Source of the DNA: Eledone cirrhosa
Lineage: Eukaryota
Direction of reading: 5' to 3'
Assembly (NCBI GenBank): GCA_964016885.1
Contig: OZ024752.1
Location: forward strand, 16,740,001 to 16,804,000
DNA: 64,000 bases
Part shown: piece by piece, positions 40,054-53,100 of the stretch
Layout: each line of letters starts with the position of its first letter
How positions within the stretch are numbered: the first letter of the stretch is position 1
Made by a program: the position numbers and the translations under genes
Notes under the pieces: model-generated
What the model was told of the DNA's origin: nothing
Database searches by the model: none
The model's input: only the letters and a program-made list of their open reading frames with translations

Positions 40054-43000
40054 TCACTCTGATGTCAGCCGTGTGTGGTAGTCTTCTAAGGGAAGGATCA
40101 CTCTGATGTCAGCCGTGTGTGGTAGTCTGTCTAACGGAAGGATCACTCTGATGTCAGCTGTGTGTGGCAGTCTGTCTAGGGGAAGGATCACTCTGATGTC
40201 AGCCGTGTGTGGTAGTCTGTCTAAGGGAAGGATCACTCTGATGTCAGCCGTGTGTGGTAGTCTGTCTAGGGGAAGGATCACTCTGATGTCAGCCGTGTGT
40301 GGTAGTCTGTCTAAGGGAAGGATCACTCTGATGTCAGCCGTGTGTGGTAGTCTGTCTAGGGGAAGGATCACTCTGATGTCAGCCGTGTGTGGTAGTCTGT
40401 CTATGGGAAGGATCACTCTGATGTCAGCCGTGTGTGGTAGTCTGTCTAGGGGAAGGATCACTCTGATGTCAGCTGTGTGTGGCAGTCTGTCTAGGGAAAG
40501 GATCACTCTGATGTCAGCCGTGTGTGGTAGTCTCTCTAGGGGAAGGATCACTATTATGTCAGCTGTGTGTGGACGTCTGTCTAGGGGAAGGATCACTCTG
40601 ATGTCAGCCGTGTCTGGTAGTCCGTCTAGGGGAAGGATCACTCTGATGTCAGCTGTGTGTGGTAGTCTGTCTAGGGGAAGGATCACTCTGATGTCAGCTG
40701 TGTGTGGTAGTCTGTCTAGGGGAAGGATCACTCTGATGTCAGCCGTGTTTGGTAGTCTGTCTAGGGGAAGGATCACTCTGATGTCAGTCATGAGTGGTAG
40801 TCTGTCTAGGGGAAGGATCACTCTGATGTCAGCTGTGTGTGGTAGTCTGTCTAGGGGAAGGATCACCCTGATGTTAGCCGTGTGTGGTAGTCTGTCTAGG
40901 GGAAGGATTACTCTGATGTCAGCTGTGTGTGGTAGTTTGTCTAAGGGAAGGATCACTCTGATGTCAGCTGTGTGTGGTAGTCTGTCTCGGGGAAGGATCA
41001 CTCTGATGTCAGTCGTGTGTGGTAGTCTGTCTAGGGGAAGGATAACTCTGATGTCAGCTGTGTGTGGTAGTCTGTCTAGGGGAAGGATCACTCTGATGTC
41101 AGTCATGTGTAGTAGTCTGTCTAGGGGAAGGATCACTCTGATGTCAGCCGTGTGTGGTAGTCTGTCTAGGGGAAGGATAAATCTGAAGTAAGCTGTGTGT
41201 GGTAGTCTGTCTCGGGGAAGGATCACTCTGATGTCATCCGTGTGTGGTAGTCTGTCTAAGGGAAGGATCACTCTGATGTCCGCCGTGTGTGGTAGTCTGT
41301 CTAGGGGAAGGATCACTCTGATGTCAGCTGTCTGTGGCAGTCTGTCTAGGGGAAGGATCACTCTGATGTCAGCCGTGTGTGGTAGTCTGTCTAAGGGAAG
41401 GATCACTCTGATGTCAGCCGTGTGTGGTAGTCTGTCTAGGGGAAGGATCTCTCTGATGTCAGCCGTGTGTGGTAGTCTGTCTAAGGGAAGGATCACTCTG
41501 ATGTCAGCTGTGTGTGGCAGTCTGTCTAGGGGAAGGATCACTCTGATGTCAGCCGTGTGTGGTAGTCTGTGTAGGGGAAGGATCAATCTGATGTCAGCTG
41601 TGTGTGGTAGTCTGTCTCGGGGAAGGATCACTCTGATGTCAGTCGTGTGTGGTAGTCTGTCTAGGGGAAGAATCACTCTGATGTCAGCCGTGTGTGGTAG
41701 TCTGTCTAGGGGAAGGATCACTCTGATGTCAGCTGTGTGTGGCAGTCTGTCTAGTGGAAGGATCACTCTGATGTCAGCCGTGTCTGGTAGTCTCTCTAGG
41801 GGAAGGATCACTCTGATGTCAGCTGTGTGTGGTAGTCTGTCTAGGGGAAGGATCACTCTGATGTCAGCTGTGTGTGGCAGTCTGTCTAGGGGAAAGATCA
41901 CTCTGATGTCAGCCGTGTGTGGTAGTCTGTCTAGGGGAAGGATCACTCTGATGTCAGCTGTGTGTGGTAGTCTGTCTAGGGGAAGGATCACTCTGATGTC
42001 AGCTGTGTGTGGTAGTCTGTCTAGGGGCAGGATCACTCTGATGTCAGCTGTGTGTGGTAGTCTGTCTAGGGGAAGAATCACTCTGATGTCAGCCGTGTGT
42101 GGTAGTCTGTCTCGGGGAAGGATTACTCTGATGTCAGTCGTGTGTGGTAGTCTGTCTAGGGGAAGAATCACTCTGATGTCAGCCGTGTGTGGTAGTCTGT
42201 CTCGGGGAAGGATCACTCTGATGTCAGCTGTGTGTGGTAGTCTGTCTAGGGGAAGGATCACTCTGATGTCAGTCATGTGTGGTAGTCTGTCTAGGGGAAG
42301 GATCACTCTGATGTCAGCTGTGTGTGGTAGTCTGTCTAGGGGAAGGATCACTATGATGTCAGCCGTGTGTGGTAGTCTGACTAGGGGAAGGATCACTCTG
42401 ATGTCAGTCATGTGTAGTAGTCTGTCTAGGGGAAGGATCACTCTGATGTCAGCCGTGTGTGGTAGTCTGTCTAGGGGAAGGATCACTCTGATGTCAGTCA
42501 TGTGTGGTAGTCTGTCTAGGGGAAGGATCACTCTGATGTCAGCTGTGTGTGGTAGTCTGTCTAGGGGAATGATCACTCTGATGTCAGTCATGTGTAGTAG
42601 TCTGTGTAGGGGAAGGATCACTCTGATGTCAGCCGTGTCTGGTAGTCCGTCTAGGGGAAGGATCACTCTGATGTCAGCTGTGTGTGGTAGTCTGTCTAGG
42701 GGAAGGATCACTCTGATGTCAGCTGTGTGTGGTAGTCTGTCTAGGGGAAGGATCACTCTGATGTCAGCCGTGTGTGGTAGTCTGTCTAGAGGAAGGATAA
42801 CTCCGATGTCAGCCGTGTGTGGTAGTCTGTCTAGGGGAAGAATCACTCTGATATCAGCTGTGTGTAGTAGTCTGTCTAGGGGAAGGATCACTCTGATGTC
42901 AGCTGTGTGTGGTAGTCTGTCTAGGGGAAGGATCACTCTGATGTCAGTCATGTTTGGTAGTCTGTCTAGGGGAAGGATCACTCTGATGTCAGCTGTGTGT

Positions 43001-46000
43001 GGTAGTCTGTCTAGGGGAAGGATCACTCTGATGTCAGCCGTGTGTAGTAGTCTGTCTAGGGGAAGGATCACTCTGATGTCAGTCATGTGTAGTAGTCTGT
43101 CTAGGGGAAGGATCACTCTGATGTCAGCCGTGTGTGGTAGTCTGTCTAGGGGAAGGATCACTCTGATGTCAGCCGAGTGTGGTAGTCTCTCTAGGGGAAG
43201 GATCACTCTGATGTCAGCTGTGTGTGATAGTCTGTCTAGGGGAAAGATCACTCTGATGTCAGTTGTGTGTGGCAGTCTGTCTAGAGGAAGGATCACTCTG
43301 ATGTCAGCCGTGTGTGGTAGTCTGTCTAGGGGAAGGATCACTCTGATGTCAGCTGTGTGTGGTAGTCTGTCTAGAGGAAGGATCACTCTGATGTCAGCTG
43401 TGTGTGGCAGTCTGTCTAGGGGAAGGATCACTCTGATGTCAGCTGTGTGTGGTAGTCTGTCTAAGGGAAGGATCACTCTGATGTCAGCTGTGTGTGGTAG
43501 TCTGTCTAGGGGAAGGACCACTCTGATGTCAGCTGTGTGTGGTAGTCTGTCTCGGGGAAGGATCACTCTGATGTCAGTCGTGTGTGGTAGTCTGTCTAGG
43601 GGAAGGATAACTCTGATGTCAGCTGTGTGTGGTAGTCTGTCTCGGGGAAGGATCACTCTGATGTCAGCCGTGTCTGGTAGTCTGTCTAGGGGAAGGATCA
43701 CTCTGATGTCAGTCATGTGTGGTAGTCTGTCTAGGGGAAGTATCACTCTGATGTCAGCTGTGTGTGGTAGTCTGTCTAGGGGAAGGATCACTCTGATGTC
43801 AGCCGTGTGTAGTAGTCTGTCTAGGGGAAGGATCACTCTGATGTCAGTCATGTGTAGTAGTCTGTCTAGGGGAAGGATCACTCTGATGTCAGCCGTGTCT
43901 GGTAGTCTGTCTAGGGGAAGGATAACTCTGAAGTAAGCTGTGTGTGGTAGTCTGTCTCGGGGAAGGATCACTCTGATGTCAGCCGTGTGTGGTAGTCTGT
44001 CTAGGGGAAGGATCACTCTGATGTCAGCTGTGTGTGGTAGTCTGTCTAGGGGAAGGATCACTCTGATGACAGCTGTGTGTGGCAGTCTGTCTAGGGGAAG
44101 GATCACTCTGATGTCAGCTGTGTGTGGTAGTCTGTCTAAGGGAAGGATCACTCTGATGTCAGCTGTGTGTGTTAGTCTGTCTAGGGGAAGGATCACTCTG
44201 ATGTCAGTCATGTGTGGTAGTCTGTCTAGGGGAAGTATCATTCTGATGTCAGCTGTGTGTGGTAGTCTGTCTAGGGGAAGGATCACTCTGATGTCAGTCA
44301 TGTGTAGTAGTCTGTCTAGGGGAAGGATCACTCTGATGTCAGCCGTGTGTGGTAGTCTGTCTAGGGGAAGGATAACTCTGAAGTAAGCTGTGTGTGGTAG
44401 TCTGTCTCGGGGAAGGATCACTCTGATGTCAGCCGTGTGTGGTAGTCTGTCTAAGGGAAGGATCACTCTGATGTCAGCCGTGTGTGGTAGTCTATCTAGG
44501 GGAAGGATCACTCTGATGTCAGCCGTGTGTGGTAGTCTGTATACGGGAAGGATCACTCTGATGTCAGCTGTCTGTGGCAGTCTGTCTAGGGGAAGGATCA
44601 CTCTGATGTCAGCCGTGTGTGGTAGTCTGTCTAAGGGAAGGATCACTCTGATGTCAGCCGTGTGTGGTAGTCTGTCTAGGGGAAGGATCACACTGATGTC
44701 AGCCGTGTGTGGTAGTCTGTCTAAGGGAAGGATCACTCTGATGTCAGCTGTGTGTGGCAGTCTGTCTAGGGGAAGGATCACTCTGATATCAGCCGTGTGT
44801 GGTAGTCTGTCTAAGGGAAGGATCACTCTGATGTCAGCTGTGTGTGGCAGTCTGTCTAGGGGAAGGATCACTCTGATGTCAGCCGTGTGTGGTAGTCTGT
44901 GTAGGGGAAGGATCAATCTGATGTCAGCTGTGTGTGGTAGTCTGTCTCGGGGAAGGATCACTCTGATGTCAGTCGTGTGTGGTAGTCTGTCTAGGGGAAG
45001 GATCACTCTGATGTCAGCTGTGTGTGGCAGTCTGTCTAGGGGAAGTATAACTCCGATGTCAGCCGTGTGTGGCAGTCTGTCTAGGGGAAGAATCACTCTG
45101 ATGTCAGTCATGTGTGGTAGTCTGTCTAGGGGAAGTATCACTCTGATGTCAGCTGTGTGTGGTAGTCTGTCTAGGGGAAGGATCACTCTGATGTCAGCCG
45201 TGTGTAGTAGTCTGTCTAGGGGAAGGATCACTCTGATGTCAGTCATGTGTAGTAGTCTGTCTAGGGGAAGGATCATTCTGATGTCAGCCGTGTGTGGTAG
45301 TCTGTCTAGGGGAAGGATAACTCTGAAGTAAGCTGTGTGTGGTAGTCTGTCTCGGGGAAGGATCACTCTGATGTCAGCCGTGTGTGGTAGTCTGTCTAAG
45401 GGAAGGATCACTCTGATGTCAGCCGTGTGTGGTAGTCTATCTAGGGGAAGGATCACTCTGATGTCAGCCGTGTGTGGTAGTCTGTCTACGGGAAGGATCA
45501 CTCTGATGTCAGCTGTCTGTGGCAGTCTGTCTAGGGGAAGGATCACTCTGATGTCAGCCGTGTGTGGTAGTCTGTCTAAGGGAAGGATCACTCTGATGTC
45601 AGCCGTGTGTGGTAGTCTGTCTAGGGGAAGGATCACTCTGATGTCAGCTGTGTGTGGCAGTCTGTCTAGGGGAAGGATCACTCTAATATCGGCCGTGTGT
45701 GGTAGTCTGTCTAAGGGAAGGATCACTCTGATGTCAGCTGTGTGTGGCAGTCTGTCTAGGGGAAGGATCACTCTGATGTCAGCCGTGTGTGGTAGTCTGT
45801 GTAGGGGAAGGATCAATCTGATGTCAGCTGTGTGTGGTAGTCTGTCTCGGGGAAGGATCACTCTGATGTCAGTCGTGTGTGGTAGTCTGTCTAGGGGAAG
45901 GATCACTCTGATGTCAGCTGTGTGTGGTAGTCTGTCTCGGGGAAGGATCACTCTGATGTCAGCCGTGTGTGGTAGTCTGTCTAGGGGAAGGATCACTCTG

Positions 46001-49000
46001 ATGTCAGCTGTGTGTGGCAGTCTGTCTAGGGGAAGGATAACTCCGATGTCAGCCGTGTGTGGTAGTCTGTCTAGGGGAAGAATCACTCTGATGTCAGTCA
46101 TGTGTGGTAGTCTGTCTAGGGGAAGTATCACTCTGATGTCAGCTGTGTGTGGTAGTCTGTCTAGGGGAAGGATCACTCTGATGTCAGCCGTGTGTAGTAG
46201 TCTGTCTAGGGGAAGGATCACTCTGTTGTCAGTCATGTGTAGTAGTCTGTCTAGGGGAAGGATCACTCTGATGTCAGCCGTGTGTGGTAGTCTGTCTAGG
46301 GGAAGGATAACTCTGAAGTAAGCTGTGTGTGGTAGTCTGTCTCGGGGAAGGATCACTCTGATGTCAGCCGTGTGTGGTAGTCTGTCTAAGGGAAGGATCA
46401 CTCTGATGTCAGCCGTGTGTGGTAGTCTATCTAGGGGAAGGATCACTCTGATGTCAGCCGTGTGTGGTAGTCTGTCTACGGGAAGGATCACTCTGATGTC
46501 AGCTGTCTGTGGCAGTCTGTCTAGGGGAAGGATCACTCTGATGTCAGCCGTGTGTGGTAGTCTGTCTAAGGGAAGGATCACTCTGATGTCAGCCGTGTGT
46601 GGTAGTCTGTCTAGGGGAAGGATCACTCTGATGTCAGCTGTGTGTGGTAGTCTGTCTAGGGGAAGGATCACTCTGATGTCAGCTGTGTGTGGCAGTCTGT
46701 CTAGGGGAAGGATCACTCTGATGTCAGCTGTGTGTGGTAGTCTGTCTAAGGGAAGGATCACTCTGATGTCAGCTGTGTGTGTTAGTCTGTCTAGGGGAAG
46801 GACCACTCTGATGTCAGCTGTGTGTGGTAGTCTGTCTCGGGGAAGGATCACTCTGATGTCAGTCGTGTGTGGTAGTCTGTCTAGGGGAAGGATAACTCTG
46901 ATGTCAGCTGTGTGTGGTAGTCTGTCTCGGGGAAGGATCACTCTGATGTCAGCCGTGTCTGGTAGTCTGTCTAGGGGAAGGATCACTCTGATGTCAGTCA
47001 TGTGTGGTAGTCTGTCTAGGGGAAGTATCACTCTGATGTCAGCTGTGTGTGGTAGTCTGTCTAGGGGAAGGATCACTCTGATGTCAGTCATGTGTAGTAG
47101 TCTGTCTAGGGGAAGGATCACTCTGATGTCAGCCGTGTGTGGTAGTCTGTCTAGGGGAAGGATAACTCTGAAGTAAGCTGTGTGTGGTAGTCTGTCTAAG
47201 GGAAGGATCACTCTGATGTCAGCCGTGTGTGGTTGTCTATCTAGGGGAAGGATCACTCTGATGTCAGCCGTGTGTGGTAGTCTGTCTACGGGAAGGATCA
47301 CTCTGATGTCAGCTGTCTGTGGCAGTCTGTCTAGGGGAAGGATCACTCTGATGTCAGCCGTGTGTGGTAGTCTGTCTAAGGGAAGGATCACTCTGATGTC
47401 AGCCGTGTGTGGTAGTCTGTCTAGGGGAAGGATCAATCTGATGTCAGCCGTGTGTGGTAGTCTGTCTAAGGGAAGGATCACTCTGATGTCAGCTGTGTGT
47501 GGCAGTCTGTCTAGGGGAAGGATCACTCTGATATCAGCCGTGTGTGGTAGTCTGTCTAAGGGAAGGATCACTCTGATGTCAGCTGTGTGTGGCAGTCTGT
47601 CTCGGGGAAGGATCACTCTGATGTCAGCCGTGTGTGGTAGTCTGTGTAGGGGAAGGATCAATCTGATGTCAGCTGTGTGTGGTAGTCTGTCTCGGGGAAG
47701 GATCACTCTGATGTCAGTCGTGTGTGGTAGTCTGTCTAGGGGAAGGATCACTCTGATGTCAGCTGTGTGTGGTAGTCTGTCTCGGGGAAGGATCACTCTG
47801 ATGTTAGCCGTGTGTGGTAGTCTGTCTAGGGGAAGGATCACTCTGATGTCAGCTGTGTGTGGCAGTCTGTCTAGGGGAAGGATAACTCCGATGTCAGCCG
47901 TGTGTGGTAGTCTGTGTAGGGGAAGGATCAATCTGATGTCAGCTGTGTGTGGTAGTCTGTCTAGGGGAAGAATCACTCTGATGTCAGCCGTGTGTGGTAG
48001 TCTGTCTAGGGGAAGGAACACTCTGATGTCAGCTGTGTGAGGCAGTCTGTCTAGGGGAAGGATCACTCTGCTGTCAGCCGTGTGTGGTAGTCTCTCTAGG
48101 GGAAGGATCACTCTGATGTCAGCTGTGTGTGGTAGTCTGTCTAGGGGAAGGATCACTCTGATGTCAGCTGTGTGTGGTAGTCTGTCTAGGGGAAGGACCA
48201 CTCTGATGTCAGCTGTGTGTGGTAGTCTGTCTCGGGAAAGGATCACTGTGATGTCAGTCGTGTGTGGTAGTCTGTCTAGGGGAAGAATCACTCTGATGTC
48301 AGCCGTGTGTGGTAGTCTGTCTAGGGGAAGGATCACTCTGATGTCAGCTGTGTGTGGCAGTCTGTCTAGTGGAAGGATCACTCTGATGTCAGCCGTGTGT
48401 GGTAGTCTCTCTAGGGGAAGGATCACTCTGATGTCAGCTGTGTGTGGTAGTCTGTCTAGGGGAAGGATCACTCTGATGTCAGCTGTGTGTGGCAGTCTGT
48501 CTAGGGGAAGGATCACTCTGATGTCAGCCGTGTGTGGTAGTCTGTCTAGGGGAAGGATCACTCTGATGTCAGCTGTGTGTGGTAGTCTGTCTAGGGGAAG
48601 GATCACTCTGATGTCAGCTGTGTGTGGTAGTCTGTCTAGGGGAAGGATCACTCTGATGTCAGCTGTGTGTGGTAGTCTGTCTCGGGGAAGGATCACTCTG
48701 ATGTCAGCCGTGTGTGGTAGTCTGTCTAGGGGAAGGATCACTCTGATGTCAGTCATGTGTGGTAGTCTGTCAAGGGGAAGGATCACTCTGATGTCAGCTG
48801 TGTGTGGTAGTATGTCTAGGGGAAGGATCACTATGATGTCAGCCGTGTGTGGTAGTCTGTGTAGGGGAAGGATCAATCTGATGTCAGCTGTGTGTGGTAG
48901 TCTGTCTAGGGGAAGAATCACTCTGATGTCAGCCGTGTGTGGTAGTCTGTCTAGGGGAAGGAACACTCTGATGTCAGCTGTGTGAGGCAGTCTGTCTAGG

Positions 49001-50136
49001 GGAAGGATCACTCTGCTGTCAGCCGTGTGTGGTAGTCTCTCTAGGGGAAGGATCACTCTGATGTCAGCTGTGTGTGGTAGTCTGTCTAGGGGAAGGATCA
49101 CTCTGATGTCAGCTGTGTGTGGTAGTCTGTCTAGGGGAAGGACCACTCTGATGTCAGCTGTGTGTGGTAGTCTGTCTCGGGAAAGGATCACTCTGATGTC
49201 AGTCGTGTGTGGTAGTCTGTCTAGGGGAAGAATCACTCTGATGTCAGCCGTGTGTGGTAGTCTGTCTAGGGGAAGGATCACTCTGATGTCAGCTGTGTGT
49301 GGCAGTCTGTCTAGTGGAAGGATCACTCTGATGTCAGCCGTGTGTGGTAGTCTCTCTAGGGGAAGGATCACTCTGATGTCAGCTGTGTGTGGTAGTCTGT
49401 CTAGGGGAAGGATCACTCTGATGTCAGCTGTGTGTGGCAGTCTGTCTAGGGGAAGGATCACTCTGATGTCAGCCGTGTGTGGTAGTCTGTCTAGGGGAAG
49501 GATCACTCTGATGTCAGCTGTGTGTGGTAGTCTGTCTAGGGGAAGGATCACTCTGATGTCAGCTGTGTGTGGTTGTCTGTCTAGGGGAAGGATCACTCTG
49601 ATGTCAGCTGTGTGTGGTAGTCTGTCTCGGGGAAGGATCACTCTGATGTCAGCCGTGTGTGGTAGTCTGTCTAGGGGAAGGATCACTCTGATGTCAGTCA
49701 TGTGTGGTAGTCTGTCAAGGGGAAGGATCACTCTGATGTCAGCTGTGTGTGGTAGTATGTCTAGGGGAAGGATCACTATGATGTCAGCCGTGTGTGGTAG
49801 TCTGTCTAGGGGAAGGATCACTCTGATGTCAGTCATGTGTAGTAGTCTGTCTAGGGGAAGGATCACTCTGATGTCAGCCGTGTGTGGTAGTCTGTCTAGG
49901 GGAAGGATCACTCTGATGTCAGTCATTTGTGGTAGTCTGTCTAGGGGAAGGATCACTCTGATGTAAGCTGTGTGTGGTAGTCTGTCTAGGGGAATGATCA
50001 CTCTGATGTCAGTCATGTGTAGTAGTCTGTGTAGGGGAAGGATCACTCTGATGTCAGCCGCGTGTGGTAGTCTGTCTAGGGGAAGGATCACTCTGATGTC
50101 AGCTGTGTGTGGTAGTCTGTCTAGGGGAAGGATCAC
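40054..50136 (-). other. 10-kb stop-free reading frame of 224 satellite monomers (ILPLDRLPHTADIRV)n; probably not a gene
   Basis: The frame is open per the ORF track (3360 aa), but it has no unique N- or C-terminus or signal peptide and its start is an internal GTG of the monomer. Confidence given is for it being a real protein-coding gene. Confidence 0.07.
47890..49780. repeat. 945-bp (21-monomer) tandem duplication
   Basis: ORF ends 48040/48985 and starts 48080/49025 differ by 945. Shared markers AGGAACACT, GTGTGAGGC, CTGCTGTC, GTCAAGGGG and AGTATGT. Confidence 0.87.
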
Positions 50137-53100
50137 TCTGATGTCAGCCGTGTGTGGTAGTCTTCTAAGGGAAGGATCACTCTGATGTCAGCCGTGTTTG
50201 GTAGTCTGTCTAACGGAAGGATCACTCTGATGTCAGCTGTGTGTGGCAGTCTGTCTAGGGGAAGGATCACTCTGATGTCAGCCGTGTGTGGTAGTCTGTC
50301 TAAGGGAAGGATCACTCTGATGTCAGCCGTGTGTGGTAGTCTGTCTAGGGGAAGGATCACTCTGATGTCAGCCGTGTGTGGTAGTCTGTCTAAGGGAAGG
50401 ATCACTCTGATGTCAGCCGTGTGTGGTAGTCTGTCTAGGGGAAGGATCACTCTGATGTCAGCCGTGTGTGGTAGTCTGTCTATGGGAAGGATCACTCTAA
50501 TGTCAGCCGTGTGTGGTAGTCTGTCTAGGGGAAGGATCACTCTGATGTCAGCTGTGTGTGGCAGTCTGTCTAGGGGAAGGATAACTCCGATGTCAGCCGT
50601 GTGTGGTAGTCTGTCTAGGGGAAGAATCACTCTGATGTCAGCCGTGTGTGGTAGTCTGTCTAGGGGAAGGAACACTCTGATGTCAGCTGTGTGAGGTAAT
50701 CTGTCTAGGGGAAGGATCACTCTGCTGTCAGCCGTGTGTGGTAGTCTCTCTAGGGGAAGGATCACTCTGATGTCAGCTGTGTGTGGTAGTCTGTCTAGGG
50801 GAAGGATCACTCTGATGTCAGCTGTGTGTGGTAGTCTGTCTAGGGGAAGGACCACTCTGATGTCAGCTGTGTGTGGTAGTCTGTCTCGGGAAAGGATCAC
50901 TCTGATGTCAGTCGTGTGTGGTAGTCTGTCTAGGGGAAGAATCACTCTGATGTCAGCCGTGTGTGGTAGTCTGTCTAGGGGAAGGATCACTCTGATGTCA
51001 GCTGTGTGTGGCAGTCTGTCTAGGGGAAGGATCACTCTGATGTCAGCCGTGTGTGGTAGTCTGTCTAGGGGAAGGATCACTCTGATGTCAGCTGTGTGTG
51101 GTAGTCTGTCTAGGGGAAGGATCACTCTGATGTCAGCTGTGTGTGGTAGTCTGTCTCGGGGAAGGATCACTCTGATGTCAGCCGTGTGTGGTAGTCTGTC
51201 TAGGGGAAGGATCACTCTGATGTCAGTCATGTGTGGTAGTCTGTCTAGGGGAAGGATCACTCTGATGTCAGCTGTGTGTGGTAGTCTGTCTAGGGGAAGG
51301 ATCACTATGATGTCAGCCGTGTGTGGTAGTCTGTCTAGGGGAAGGATCACTCTGATGTCAGTCATGTGTAGTAGTCTGTCTAGGGGAAGGATCACTCTGA
51401 TGTCAGCCGTGTGTGGTAGTCTGTCTAGGGGAAGGATCACTCTGATGTCAGTCATGTGTGGTAGTCTGTCTAGGGGAAGGATCACTCTGATGTCAGCTGT
51501 GTGTGGTAGTCTGTCTAGGGGAATGATCACTCGGATGTCAGTCATGTGTAGTAGTCTGTGTGGGGGAAGGATCACTCTGATGTCAGCCGCGTGTGGTAGT
51601 CTGTCTAGGGGAAGGATCACTCTGATGTCAGCTGTGTGTGGTAGTCTGTCTAGGGGAAGGATCACTCTGATGTCAGCCGTGTGTGGTAGTCTTCTAAGGG
51701 AAGGATCACTCTGATGTCAGCCGTGTGTGGTAGTCTGTCTAACGGAAGGATCACTCTGACGTCAGCTGTGTGTGGCAGTCTGTCTAGGGGAAGGATCACT
51801 CTGATGTCAGCCGTGTGTGGTAGTCTGTCTAAGGGAAGGATCACTCTGATGTCAGCCGTGTGTGGTAGTCTGTCTAGGGGAAGGATCACTCTGATGTCAG
51901 CCGTGTGCGGTAGTCTGTCTAAGGGAAGGATCACTCTGATGTCAGCCGTGTGTGGTAGTCTGTCTAGGGGAAGGATCACTCTGATGTCAGCCGTGTGTGG
52001 TAGTCTGTCTATGGGAAGGATCACTCTGATGTCAGCCGTGTGTGGTAGTCTGTCTAGGGGAAGGATCACTCTGATGTCAGCTGTGTGTGGCAGTCTGTCT
52101 AGGGGAAGGATCACTCTGATGTCAGCCGTGTGTGGTAGTCTCTCTAGGGGAAGGATCACTATTATGTCAGCTGTGTGTGGACGTCTGTCTAGGGGAAGGA
52201 TCACTCTGATGTCAGCCGTGTCTGGTAGTCCGTCTAGGGGAAAGATCACTCTGATGTCAGCGGTGTGTGGTAGTCTGTCTAGGGGAAGGATCACTCTGAT
52301 GTCAGCTGTGTGTGGTAGTCTGTCTAGGGGAAGGATCACTCTGATGTCAGCCGTGTTTGGTAGTCTGTCTAGGGGAAGGATCACTCTGATGTCAGCCGTG
52401 TGTGGTAGTCTGTCTAGAGCAAGGATAACTCCGATGTCAGCCGTGTGTGGTAGTCTGTCTAGGGGAAGAATCACTCTGATGTCAGCTGTGTGTAGTAGTC
52501 TGTCTAGGGGAAGGATCACTCTGATGTCAGCTGTGTGTGGTAGTCTGTCTCGGGGAAGGATCACTCTGATGTCAGCCGTGTGTGGTAGTCTGTCTAGGGG
52601 AAGGATCACTCTGATGTCAGCCGTGTGTGGTAGTCTGTCTAAGGGAAGAATCACTCTGATGTCAGCTGTGTGTGGCAGTCTGTCTAGGGGAAGGATCACT
52701 CTGATGTCAGCCGTGTGTGGTAGTCTGTGTAGGGGAAGGATCAATCTGATGTCAGCTGTGTGTGGTAGTCTGTCTCGGGGAAGGATCACTCTGATGTCAG
52801 TCGTGTGTGGTAGTCTGTCTAGTGGAAGGATCACTCTGATGTCAGCTGTGTGTGGTAGTCTGTCTCGGGGAAGGATCACTCTGATGTCAGCCGTGTGTGG
52901 TAGTCTGTCTAGGGGAAGGATCACTCTGATGTCAGCTGTGTGTGGCAGTCTGTCTAGGGGAAGGATAACTCCGATGTCAGCCGTGTGTGGTAGTCTGTCT
53001 AGGGGAAGAATCACTCTGATGTCAGCCGTGTGTGGTAGTCTGTCTAGGGGAAGGAACACTCTGATGTCAGCTGTGTGAGGCAGTCTGTCTAGGGGAAGGA

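Noticed and set aside
40054-50136. Leucine-rich-repeat, pentapeptide or ice-nucleation-type repeat protein
   Set aside because: ILPLDRLPHTADIRV does not match the LRR LxxLxLxxN consensus or any repeat family I recognise, and DNA identity between units is far higher than in typical protein repeats.
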